From the IMG/VR virus record IMGVR_UViG_2061766007_004178: a DNA stretch of 64,000 bases. One strand, written 5' to 3'. The position numbers and the translations under genes are program-made. The notes under the pieces were generated by a model that ran no database searches, had not been told where the DNA came from, and worked only from the letters and a program-made list of their open reading frames with translations. Of the stretch, positions 8,910 to 17,167 are shown one piece after another (the stretch's first letter is position 1; every line of letters begins with the position of its first letter). The stretch is from an uncultured virus (IMG/VR IMGVR_UViG_2061766007_004178) (taxonomy: Duplodnaviria; Heunggongvirae; Uroviricota; Caudoviricetes).

Positions 8910-9300
8910 ATAGGAAGTTGAGGAGCTTGCATGTCCTAAAAAGGGCGCGTGCGTTCAAAGGCAGCACATCCCAATTTGAGACTGTCGCGGATATTTCGTC
9001 GTCGTCACTGCAAGAAGACATGTCGAAATAATAATCAGGAACGTTGAACGCCATTGTGGCTACCGCGCAAAGGCTGAGCTTTTCATTGAAGGGCAGGCTT
9101 GCGTCTTTTGTGATTTTGCCTTGAACTTCGTCATCGGCTATCAAAAAACACGTATAGCCTGGCAAAGCGGTATGCTTGACCGTGCCGCTCTCCGATGTTG
9201 ACAAGCCCTGGATGCCAACGAATCTGATCGGCAGCCGCTTCAGGCTTTTCAGCTTATCGACGGCTTTGCGCACGATGCTCGATTTTTCCATTAATTCCAT
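8899..9300 (-). CDS. paralogue-array protein 7 (TGA at 8899 may be Trp, extending it by about 15 codons to a TAA)
   Basis: AVDKLKSLKR...ALFRTCKLLNFLY. Confidence 0.65.
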   Translation of the reverse strand: MELMEKSSIVRKAVDKLKSLKRLPIRFVGIQGLSTSESGTVKHTALPGYTCFLIADDEVQGKITKDASLPFNEKLSLCAVATMAFNVPDYYFDMSSCSDDDEISATVSNWDVLPLNARALFRTCKLLNFLYGG

Positions 9301-9308
9301 AATACATA

Positions 9309-9317
9309 TAATTTAGC
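9309..9317 (-). promoter_or_regulatory. putative late promoter motif GCTAAATTA
   Basis: Exact copy of the motif found upstream of structural genes. Confidence 0.5.
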
Positions 9318-9342
9318 GATTCGCCGCGAGTTCATGGCTATG

Positions 9343-9567
9343 TAAAATAAAAGGTCTGGCNNNNNNNNNNNNNNNNNNNNNTTAGGCTCCAAACTACGAC
9401 GTAGGACCTTACATGCCTTGCCAGACCATCTATCGCGCATCGTTCGTCGGACTCGAACCGCCTTTGCCTCTCTAGCATATCAGCTTGCTTGACGAGGGGC
9501 TCTTACTCTCTAAGGAGCTGACTTTTACCAATTGCGCCTGCTCTGTCTTGGATGATGCGATAGACTG
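9343..9567 (-). ncRNA. candidate structured tRNA-like ncRNA
   Basis: Own promoter at 9574-9602; closing stem TCTATCGC/GCGATAGA; D-loop-like GCGCAATTGGTA; T-loop GGTTCGAGTCC; 3' stem GGTCTGGC/GCCAGACC plus U-tract. Not a canonical cloverleaf. Confidence 0.5.
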
Positions 9568-9573
9568 TATTTT

Positions 9574-9602
9574 ATTATACGATTCCGCTTAGGATTTGTA
9601 AG
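9574..9602 (-). promoter_or_regulatory. early sigma70-like promoter
   Basis: CTTACA-N17-TATAAT. Confidence 0.55.
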
Positions 9603-9614
9603 CGGTTTTTCGAT

Positions 9615-10169
9615 TTATTCGCTTTCTTTGTAGCGCCTTACGTCGATTTGGCAGCTTCTCATGACGTCCAATGCAGCGGCGTGTTTCTCAGGAGTGAGGC
9701 CAGCGCAAAGGTCAGCATAGACCGCGACAGGCGTCTCTGGGTCGAACGCTTTGAACAATAAGGCGTTGCTGACGACGCAGATGTCCGTGCAGGTTCCGAC
9801 GAATACGACTTCGTCAGGACTGTCGACCGAAAGGCATTTTGCGAGCATAATGGAGCCGAAAGTGTCTTTCTTTATGCTTTGGTATGTGACGCGGCGTTTC
9901 GCGGCCAATGCTTCTGAGATGCTTTTTGAGATCTCCCATCCAGCTGAGTTTTCGATGCAATGCTCAATAGGGAGTTTTCTGCCTTCTTGTGTCTGCAAGT
10001 AGTTAGGCTGATGCGTGTCTTGCGTGCAGTAAATCTGACCTTCCCAATTTTTGATGAGGTCGCAGATGCCTGGCACGATGGCCTGGGCTTCTTTGTTCGC
10101 AAGGCTTCCGTCGATGAAGTCATTCTGCATGTCGACGATGACTAGGATTTTGTTTTTGGTGTTTTCCAT
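9615..10169 (-). CDS. pncA: nicotinamidase (isochorismatase-family cysteine hydrolase)
   Basis: VIVDMQNDFIDGSL, DTH, EHC, KDTFGS, GTCTDICV motifs; context with nadE and pncB. Confidence 0.85.
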   Translation of the reverse strand: MENTKNKILVIVDMQNDFIDGSLANKEAQAIVPGICDLIKNWEGQIYCTQDTHQPNYLQTQEGRKLPIEHCIENSAGWEISKSISEALAAKRRVTYQSIKKDTFGSIMLAKCLSVDSPDEVVFVGTCTDICVVSNALLFKAFDPETPVAVYADLCAGLTPEKHAAALDVMRSCQIDVRRYKESE

Positions 10170-10187
10170 TCTTTCGCCTCCTGATAT

Positions 10188-10216
10188 ATTATAGCTTCGT
10201 TCGGTTTGAAAGTAAA
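10188..10216 (-). promoter_or_regulatory. early sigma70-like promoter for pncA
   Basis: TTTACT-N17-TATAAT. Confidence 0.6.
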
Positions 10217-10223
10217 CGTTATT

Positions 10224-10955
10224 TTATTTGGAAAAGCATGGCATAGGCTCAAGCTTGTGCAGATTAGCTTTATGTCTGCGCTCGATGTTCGCCAACGTGC
10301 TTTCGTCAGGCTCTTTGCCTTCTAATAGGTATTCGTCGAGGGTTTCGTATGAGAAGCCGAGGTTGTCCTCATCGGTCTTGCCGCTGAGGCCGTCTTCAGG
10401 TTTCTTTTCGATGAATTCGGCTGGGATGCCTAATTCGTATCCGAGGGCTTTGACTTCTCTGACCGTGAGGTTGCAGAGGATGCTGAAGTCGCCCGCGTCG
10501 TCTCCGAACTTGGTCGCATAGCCGACGTAATCCTCAGAGCGGTTGCAGGTGTTGACGACGCGGCTGTCGCCTTCTAATGCGGCGATTCCGTAAAGGGTCA
10601 TCATCCTTACCCTCGCTGGCGTATTCGAATAGTAGACCGAGCATTCCGACGTGGTTTTGCCGGTGCTTTTCTCGATTTCTTCTTTTAAGGCGTCGCAGGT
10701 CGATCCGATGTTGACCTCGTATGATTTGATGCCTAGATAGTCGCAGACCTTTTTCGAGACGTCGATGTCGTGTTGGACATGCTGCGGCATCCTGACGCCG
10801 ATGACTCTGTCTGCCCCGACTGCCTCTACGCAGATTTTCGCCGCGATGGTAGAGTCTTTGCCGCCGGAGATTCCGATGACCGCTTTGGTGTTTCCGCCGA
10901 AGCTGTTGAGGTAGCTGCGGACCCATTCAATGATTTTATTCTTCAGGGATTTCAT
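10224..10955 (-). CDS. nadE: NH3-dependent NAD+ synthetase
   Basis: IGISGGKDS PP-loop, GVRMP, NTPARVRM, NTCNRSEDYVGYATKFGD, PEDGL; no glutaminase domain. Confidence 0.93.
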   Translation of the reverse strand: MKSLKNKIIEWVRSYLNSFGGNTKAVIGISGGKDSTIAAKICVEAVGADRVIGVRMPQHVQHDIDVSKKVCDYLGIKSYEVNIGSTCDALKEEIEKSTGKTTSECSVYYSNTPARVRMMTLYGIAALEGDSRVVNTCNRSEDYVGYATKFGDDAGDFSILCNLTVREVKALGYELGIPAEFIEKKPEDGLSGKTDEDNLGFSYETLDEYLLEGKEPDESTLANIERRHKANLHKLEPMPCFSK

Positions 10956-11508
10956 GGTAGATTCCTTTCAGCATTTCGTATGTGCCGACCAATTCGGCTG
11001 GGACGAATTTGGCCCATTTGTCTATTCCGGCGTCGTATTGAAGGATGGCCCTGCAGTCGCCGCCGCCTACGATAAGGTTTTTGCGCGATAGCCTCAGCTC
11101 GTCCATATGCGGTGCAATGTCTGCCGTGAACCAGCTTGTGCGGTATTTGTCACAGCCGGTGATATACAGATCAGGCGAGACGCCGAAATCGGCGCTCATT
11201 GTATTGAGGACATACTGACCCCATTCCACGCAATCGCCGTAGCCCTTGTCTGGAAGCGGCCTGATGAATAGCCTTCCGGCCGCGATTTCTTTGGCGAACA
11301 CTATTTCGATAAGCCGTTTTCTCTCATTATATGAGAATGGGTTTCTTTTCGTCCTCGGGCTTGAGGCTGACCCGATATAGACATATACATATTCGCAAAG
11401 GCTCAAAGCGGTTCTGATCAGATATTCGTGGCCTTTATGGAAGCACTGGAATCTTCCGATGACTAGTCCGTTTTGCGGTCTGTATGTCTTATTCTTTGAA
11501 GCTTTCAT
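10936..11508 (-). CDS. nadM: NMN/NaMN adenylyltransferase (NadM-like, HxGH cytidylyltransferase fold)
   Basis: IGRFQCFHKGH, YIGSA, NPFSYNER; overlaps nadE start. Confidence 0.8.
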   Translation of the reverse strand: MKASKNKTYRPQNGLVIGRFQCFHKGHEYLIRTALSLCEYVYVYIGSASSPRTKRNPFSYNERKRLIEIVFAKEIAAGRLFIRPLPDKGYGDCVEWGQYVLNTMSADFGVSPDLYITGCDKYRTSWFTADIAPHMDELRLSRKNLIVGGGDCRAILQYDAGIDKWAKFVPAELVGTYEMLKGIYHEIPEE

Positions 11509-11514
11509 ATTTGG

Positions 11515-11871
11515 TTATTCTAGCTCTTCTTTCGTAAGCACCCATCCGTCAGGGCCTTTTTTGCCATAGTCGCGCAATCTGAAGAATTGATAGTCGCTTA
11601 GGGCGTTTCCGATAATCCATCCTTCTTTGGATGTTCCAGACAATTCAGGGCATTCAATGAACTTGCCGCAGCCGTCATAGAAGCCGTTTTTCAATGCTTT
11701 AAAAACAGTTTCGAGCGGGCAGCCGAGCTCATCCTCGATGTCTTCGAGCGCGCCGAGCTTGTTGTTCACGTCGATGACGTATTGGATTCCGTCATCAAGC
11801 GTGGTCTCATACTGGTCACCCATGTCGTAGTGCATCTCGTCGTTGTCGAATTTCATGGTTAGTCTGTTCAT
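11515..11871 (-). CDS. hypothetical protein
   Basis: 118 aa ORF with GAGGT RBS; KLGALEDIED and WVLTKEELE resemble common phage small proteins. Confidence 0.65.
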   Translation of the reverse strand: MNRLTMKFDNDEMHYDMGDQYETTLDDGIQYVIDVNNKLGALEDIEDELGCPLETVFKALKNGFYDGCGKFIECPELSGTSKEGWIIGNALSDYQFFRLRDYGKKGPDGWVLTKEELE

Positions 11872-11883
11872 GTTTTTACCTCT

Positions 11884-12494
11884 TTAATTTTGTTTGTCGT
11901 TCTTCTGGTCTTTGTCTGGATAGACAGGCGTTTCGACGGCAGCGAAGTAGCCGAGATTGTAATTGCTGACGGTGCCGTCCCAATCGCAGTCNNNNNNNNN
12001 NNTGTTCCGGCTGGGCCGACATTGAGATTCATGCCGCGCTTAAGGAGAGTGCATAAGATTCTGCCTTGAGGCGTGTCTAAGATATCGAAGTCAGCATACA
12101 GTCCGTCTTCGGTTTTGCGAAGGTCAGATACTGCGAATGCGACTTTTGAGATATCTATCTTATCGCTATCGGCATAGCCGAGTCTGCCGAAAAGCGTATG
12201 CGTAGCTAAGCGCTCTTTAATGGTTGGGTCTTCGAGATCGATGCAGCTCGCGGTATATCGTCTGCCGTTTATCGTAGGCTTATCGAAGCGCATTACGCAG
12301 ACGTTTTTTATGGTTTGCAGGATGCCTTTGGAATAGTCCTTATATTCGGCGAATAATAGATCTGAGAGCTTTTTTGATACACGCTTCAGCTGTATGTAGT
12401 TTTCTAAGACCTGCTTAGCCTGATCTTCTGGGAGCCTTTTGGCTGCGTCGAGGATAGTTGTGAGCTCTTCACAAGATAAGTCTAATTCTTCCAT
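11884..12494 (-). CDS. inactive paralogue of prohead (gp21-like) protease
   Basis: INGRRY, LFGRLGY, FDILDTPQGRILCTLL align with the protease at 54508-56299; after the N gap reads DGTVSNYNLGYFAAVETP...-TAA at 11884. Confidence 0.7.
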
Positions 12495-12500
12495 TACTTA

Positions 12501-12719
12501 TTATTTTCCTCCGTATTTAAAGGTCATCGTTAACATCTGGCCTCGGTCATTGTCGCTTAAGCTGACTAAAGCGCAGTTCTTGTATTCGGTGATTGTGTCT
12601 ACGTAGTCTTCGGCTTTGTTCGCTTTCAGCGCCCTTTTCAGGTCGCGGTAGTCTAAGCCGATATAGCAGTCGCCGCCTTCTAGCCTGGCGACGAAAATAT
12701 CGTGGGTGAATTGCTTCAT
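12501..12719 (-). CDS. hypothetical protein
   Basis: 72 aa ORF with AAGGA RBS. Confidence 0.55.
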   Translation of the reverse strand: MKQFTHDIFVARLEGGDCYIGLDYRDLKRALKANKAEDYVDTITEYKNCALVSLSDNDRGQMLTMTFKYGGK

Positions 12720-12732
12720 GCGTTTTCCTTTC

Positions 12733-13279
12733 TTATATCGTCGGCGAATAGCTTCTGGAAAGCCATTTGTTGATGTATTTGATGTCTTTGTTTATCTGGC
12801 GTTTGTTGAATTTGTCGTCGGATTTCCTGTAATGGTCTAAGAAGCTTTTCATGACGTAATAGCCATATTTCTGTTTCATGCAATACTCGAAGACTGGAAG
12901 CTGGCGGAGTTTGATACATAGCTCATAGGCCTCTTTGGCCTCCTCGTATGTCTTTCTTGGGATATTGACGCCTTTTAGATAGAATTTATGCTGCGGCTCG
13001 GTTACANNNNNNNNNNNNNNNNNNNNNNNNNNNNNNNNNNNNNNNNNNNNNNNNNNNNNNNNNNNNNNNNNNNNNNNNNNNNNNNNNNNNNNNNNNNNNN
13101 NNNNNNNNNNNNNNNNNNNNNNNNNNNNNNNNNNNNNNNNNNNNNNNNNNNNNNNNNNNNNNNNNNAGCCCATGGTCGCATAAAAGGACTTTGGCGAGCT
13201 CTTTGCGCTTCTCTGCGTTTGCGGCTATTTCTTCGTCTGTCTTTTTGAACGCTTTTCTGATCTTATCGAACAAACTCAT
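12733..13279 (-). CDS. hypothetical protein (interrupted by N gap)
   Basis: Start MSLFDKIRK at 13279; C-terminal half ends in TAA at 12733; middle is unknown sequence. Confidence 0.55.
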
Positions 13280-13886
13280 TTATTTGCCCCCCCTTTCGAT
13301 TCTTTTGAAGGGTTATTTTATGGTCCATCATGACCCATTCCCCGCTGATTCCGTCCATCTTCCTGAAGATGCAGTTCTCCGCCGGTTTGAAGTCTTCCTG
13401 CCATTTCCTTTCGATGCTTTTGAATCTAGACATATCTTTGGGCATCAACTTGCAGAATACATATACTAAATTGCTTGGCAAATTAGCCAATTCCTCATCG
13501 GATGCTAAATACTCTTCGAAGGCGATTTTGTCTAGGCTATTCTTTATTGAGATCGAGAAGCCATCGATGCAATCGATAGGCTCATGCAGCACCTTGCGCA
13601 CATAAGCAAGTTCTGCCGCATTGGCATATACGTATACTTTTTTTATATTGCTATAAGTTGCCTTTAAATCTTTGGCAATCTTATTTACCTCCGAGAACAG
13701 TACCGGTTCTCCGCCGGTTAAAAGGACTTCTTCAACTGTCTCAAGTTCTTCTTTGGTAACGGTGGGAACTTGGGTATCAAGGTCGTATTGTCTGTTGCAG
13801 CAATATTTACAATTTCGGGCGCATTCCTTGGTGGTTACGAGGTGCAGAACGGGTGGCACTGTTTTCTTTTGATTGTTTGTCTTCAT
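13263..13886 (-). CDS. small radical SAM protein
   Basis: CARNCKYC (CxxxCxxC) and LTGGEP motifs; start overlaps pncB stop (TAATG). Confidence 0.85.
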   Translation of the reverse strand: MKTNNQKKTVPPVLHLVTTKECARNCKYCCNRQYDLDTQVPTVTKEELETVEEVLLTGGEPVLFSEVNKIAKDLKATYSNIKKVYVYANAAELAYVRKVLHEPIDCIDGFSISIKNSLDKIAFEEYLASDEELANLPSNLVYVFCKLMPKDMSRFKSIERKWQEDFKPAENCIFRKMDGISGEWVMMDHKITLQKNRKGGQINEFVR

Positions 13887-15098
13887 TATTTCTTTTCTCT
13901 TTCAAGCCTGAAATTGATTGCTTCTTTTAGGTGCTTGACGTAGTTTTCGTCTCTGCACATGGTTTTGCCATCGCAGTCTGAGAGCTTGGCGACAGGCTTT
14001 CCGTTGACGGTCTGGAGCTTGATGACGATATTGAGCGGCTCGGTCAATCCGCCTGTGTCATTGGAGACGTATGTGCCGATGCCGAAAGAGACTTTGGTTC
14101 TGTTTCTGAACGCGTTGTAAAGCCTTTGCGCTTTCGCGAAGTCGAGGCTGTCGCTGAAGAGCAAGGTCTTGGTTTTCGGGTCGATGCCGTATTTTTCGTA
14201 ATGCTTGATGATCTTCTCGGCCCAGGCGTATGGGTCGCCGCTGTCGTGTCTGACGCCGGTGTAGTTATTGCAGTTCGCCCTGTCGAAATCGAGCAAGAAC
14301 ACGTCAGTAGTGATGGTATCGGTCAAAGCAGTTCCGTTATCGCCTTTGTATACGTCATACCAATCTTTCATGGCGTAATAATTGGAATAGGCCAATGGGA
14401 TGTTGTCGATGCCCTGGTACATCTGGACGTATTCATGGGCGTAGGTTCCGATTGGGGTGAGGCCGTATTTCATGGCGAGATAGACGTTCGAGGTTCCGAC
14501 CATGTTATTGGTTTCGGCGGCGAACCTGCTGACGACTTTGTCCTGCCATTCTCTGCTGAGTCTTCTTCTGCATCCGAATTCGGCGAATTTGAAGTCGTAT
14601 GTATGGTCTTTGAATTGGGCGATTTTCTTGTCTAAGGCTTGCTGCGCCCAGGCTTCTAACGCCTCATACTGGTATTCAGGGTGCATCCTGAAATAGACTT
14701 CGTTGACGATTTCGAGGAGGTAGATTTCGAACGGAGAGACGATGAAGAGCGGTCCCGAGACCTTGATGTCGAGCTGGCCGTCATGCAATTCGGTGTGAAC
14801 ATAATCTCGAATAGGACGCCAGAGCCTTAAAAATTCGACATAATCTTTCTTTATAAAGCGAATTGAACGAAGGTAGTCTAATTCATTGTCTTTGAANNNN
14901 NNNNNNNNNNNNNNNNNNNNNNNNNNNNNNNNNNNNAATCTCGTTAAACTGTTCTTCTGTGAACTTAACGCCGACGTTTCTGCATTTGAAATAGTATTCG
15001 CCCCATAGGTCGGTGTGTTTGTAAAACATAACCTGGCCCATTCCGAATTTATAAAGATCCGTATCCAGCAATGATTCGATGATTGGTTTTAAGAGCAT
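13886..15098 (-). CDS. pncB: nicotinate phosphoribosyltransferase
   Basis: SLLDTDLYKF, FKCRN, EFGCRRR, GTSNV, GTYAHE, RHDSGDP, FSDSLD, FGIGT, KLSD. One gene across the N gap at 14897-14936. Confidence 0.92.
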
Positions 15099-15099
15099 T

Positions 15100-15942
15100 T
15101 TAATTTTCCTCCTCTAAAAGTTGTTTATGCTTATTTATATAATACAGCATTTCTTTTTGTATGTAAGCAATAAAATAGTCATAAACGCTAGTATGCTTAA
15201 ATTGGCTGTATTTAGCATCACGGCCCAACAGTATCCTTAGCTTGCAAGGAGTTGTAAGTTTGTTGGTTAGCGGGTCTATGACGATAAGCTCTTTGGAATA
15301 GCGATATTTTCTGCCAAAGGCTATTTTAGGGTCTTCTAAGTCTAAGAGATAAAAATTGCCACAGCGAAATTCTCCAACGATAGACGCACGTTTTAATTCG
15401 ACTGTTGTTACATTTAGGCTTTTTGCCAGCTTTGCAACAGAATCAGTTGTCTTCTTTATTGTACCATCTTTATATAATAACGTATGTAAAGTTTTTAAAT
15501 GATGGTGTTCGCTTAAATGTTTTTTATGCTCTGCAGATTTTGGCTTACCTTTGTTTGCCAGTGATATCTTGCGACGTGTTTCTTCTGTCATTTTTCGGCC
15601 CTTACGCTTAGCGGCGCCAGCTAATAGCCTTTCATATGCAACATTTCCTTGCCCACCATATGCACAGTTATATCCGACAGCAGTATTTAAGGTTTGGAGC
15701 GTAGTTATCCAATATTGTTCTTTTTGATTGAGCTCATTTCTTGAGCTTGCTGAATCAATTTGTTCAATGTTAAAGGCTTGTGGGCCATATTGTCTAATCG
15801 CAGCATAAAGATGTATATGGCTTAAATTTGGTAAGTTACGCAAAGCCATGCTAATATGCTGCTTAAATCTTCTTTGGAGTGGCTGGACTGTTTGGCCGAT
15901 ATAGATTTTGCCATTNNNNNNNNNNNNNNNNNNNNNNNNNAT
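15100..15942 (-). CDS. free-standing GIY-YIG homing endonuclease with NUMOD3-like repeats
   Basis: NGKIYIGQT...RRFKQH...LYAAIRQYG...EQYWI...GYN; MTEETRRKISLANKGKPKSAEHKKHLS; AT-rich; start lies at the N gap after GAGGTG. Confidence 0.85.
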   Translation of the reverse strand, partial: XXXXXXXXXNGKIYIGQTVQPLQRRFKQHISMALRNLPNLSHIHLYAAIRQYGPQAFNIEQIDSASSRNELNQKEQYWITTLQTLNTAVGYNCAYGGQGNVAYERLLAGAAKRKGRKMTEETRRKISLANKGKPKSAEHKKHLSEHHHLKTLHTLLYKDGTIKKTTDSVAKLAKSLNVTTVELKRASIVGEFRCGNFYLLDLEDPKIAFGRKYRYSKELIVIDPLTNKLTTPCKLRILLGRDAKYSQFKHTSVYDYFIAYIQKEMLYYINKHKQLLEEEN

Positions 15943-15955
15943 TAAACACCTCAAA

Positions 15956-15964
15956 TAATTTAGC
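15956..15964 (-). promoter_or_regulatory. putative late promoter motif GCTAAATTA
   Basis: Exact motif immediately upstream of the endonuclease RBS. Confidence 0.6.
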
Positions 15965-16027
15965 TTTAATTTGTACAGGTCACTGTCAAGTCTATGTGAA
16001 AAAAGACGACTTTTTATCGCGTCGTCT

Positions 16028-17050
16028 TTAGTCCTCAAACTCACGCTTGACCTGACCTTCGTAAACGGTGCCGTCATCTTTGAGGCAATACAAGACTTCG
16101 TTGTTCTTGATGGCGTCTTTGAGGCACTGCTTGAATTTAGGCGGATCGAGGACGAGGCAAGATGATGAGAATGGGTTGCCGTAAAAGTACCTTCCGCCGC
16201 AGCCTGCTCGTTTGGAGCATTCTTTATAGGTTTTGTCATGAAGTTTCTTCGCTTCTTTAGGGAAGAAACTAAGCAAGTCGTAGCAATAGCCAGCTTGGTC
16301 GACGAGCGGTTTGCCGTCGTTGAGGATGACGTTCTTGATGACCGTCTCATATCTAGGCGAGCAGCTTGGTCCATCGTCGCGAATGAAGATCGTGCCGTTT
16401 TTGATTTCTTCGCCGATGATTTGCTTATAGGCTTCGAACATGGCTTTGGCATTGGCGGTTTCGGCCTGCTCGGTTCTCTCGGCCTCTTTCCAATGACGGG
16501 TCCAGAAACGCTTGGCCTGGGCGCGGCTGACGTATTCATGGTTGAAGTCTGTGCAATGCATCTCTTTATAAAACGCGAGATACGGCTCATTAATCACGAA
16601 TTCGAATTCGTTGTATGCGTCGATCCATTCGCTGTTGGTATAGGCATCGCCTAAAGAGAACTCGATTTCATGGCTGAAGACGGACGCCGATGGCTTGAAC
16701 TTGTCGATTTCCTTCTCGAACTGGAAGAAGAACTGGCAGCTGAGCGCGTCGGTTCTGTATTTCTTGCGCTTCTTGCCCTTTGAGCTTTCCTCGGCGAGCG
16801 GAGCCCACCAAACGCCGAAAAGCCAGCCTGGCGCCTCTTTGACGTGGAAATGGACGACTGAGTTGGTTCCGTGTCCGAAGATGAAATATCCGTCAAGATA
16901 TTCGACGTCTTCGAAATGGAGGTCCATGCAGGTGTCTTCCTTAAGGCGCTTGAAGAAGAGCTTGGTCGCTTTCTCATAGGTTTCGGCGAAGCCCTTTTTG
17001 TCGTTTTCTTTGACGCCTTTGTTATAGATATCGATTAATGATTTTGGCAT
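16028..17050 (-). CDS. hypothetical protein
   Basis: 340 aa ORF, GAGGTG RBS, upstream promoter. Confidence 0.75.
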   Translation of the reverse strand: MPKSLIDIYNKGVKENDKKGFAETYEKATKLFFKRLKEDTCMDLHFEDVEYLDGYFIFGHGTNSVVHFHVKEAPGWLFGVWWAPLAEESSKGKKRKKYRTDALSCQFFFQFEKEIDKFKPSASVFSHEIEFSLGDAYTNSEWIDAYNEFEFVINEPYLAFYKEMHCTDFNHEYVSRAQAKRFWTRHWKEAERTEQAETANAKAMFEAYKQIIGEEIKNGTIFIRDDGPSCSPRYETVIKNVILNDGKPLVDQAGYCYDLLSFFPKEAKKLHDKTYKECSKRAGCGGRYFYGNPFSSSCLVLDPPKFKQCLKDAIKNNEVLYCLKDDGTVYEGQVKREFED

Positions 17051-17072
17051 ATTCTGTCACCTCACTGCGATT

Positions 17073-17101
17073 ATATTAACGCGGCGTCGGACGTTCGTAA
17101 A
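17073..17101 (-). promoter_or_regulatory. early sigma70-like promoter
   Basis: TTTACG-N17-TAATAT. Confidence 0.55.
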
Positions 17102-17115
17102 CGATATTTTCGCGA

Positions 17116-17144
17116 AAAATAAAAAAGCGGCTTTTCGCCGCTTT
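17116..17144 (-). terminator. intrinsic terminator
   Basis: AAAGCGGC-GAAAA-GCCGCTTT followed by T-run. Confidence 0.7.
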
Positions 17145-17167
17145 GAAGCCCCAGTCAAGTCGATTGA

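Noticed and set aside
9430..9560. Canonical tRNA or TGA-suppressor tRNA
   Set aside because: It has D- and T-loop-like motifs but no proper acceptor stem, no 7-nt UCA anticodon loop and no CCA; kept only as a tRNA-like ncRNA candidate.
13263..13886. Viperin-like or QueE enzyme
   Set aside because: Only generic radical SAM motifs are visible; the protein is short and no supporting pathway genes are nearby.
13886..15098. NARP1 Namat or NARP2 Nampt
   Set aside because: The motifs (LLDTDLYKF, EFGxRRR, GTxAHE, KLSD) fit PncB-type nicotinate PRTase, no PRPP-synthetase-like Adps gene is adjacent, and pncA plus nadE imply the deamidated route.
15100..16590. 496 aa ORF as a single endonuclease fusion
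   Set aside because: The part above ~15942 overlaps the real 16028-17050 gene in another frame; the endonuclease has its own RBS and promoter motif at 15945-15964.
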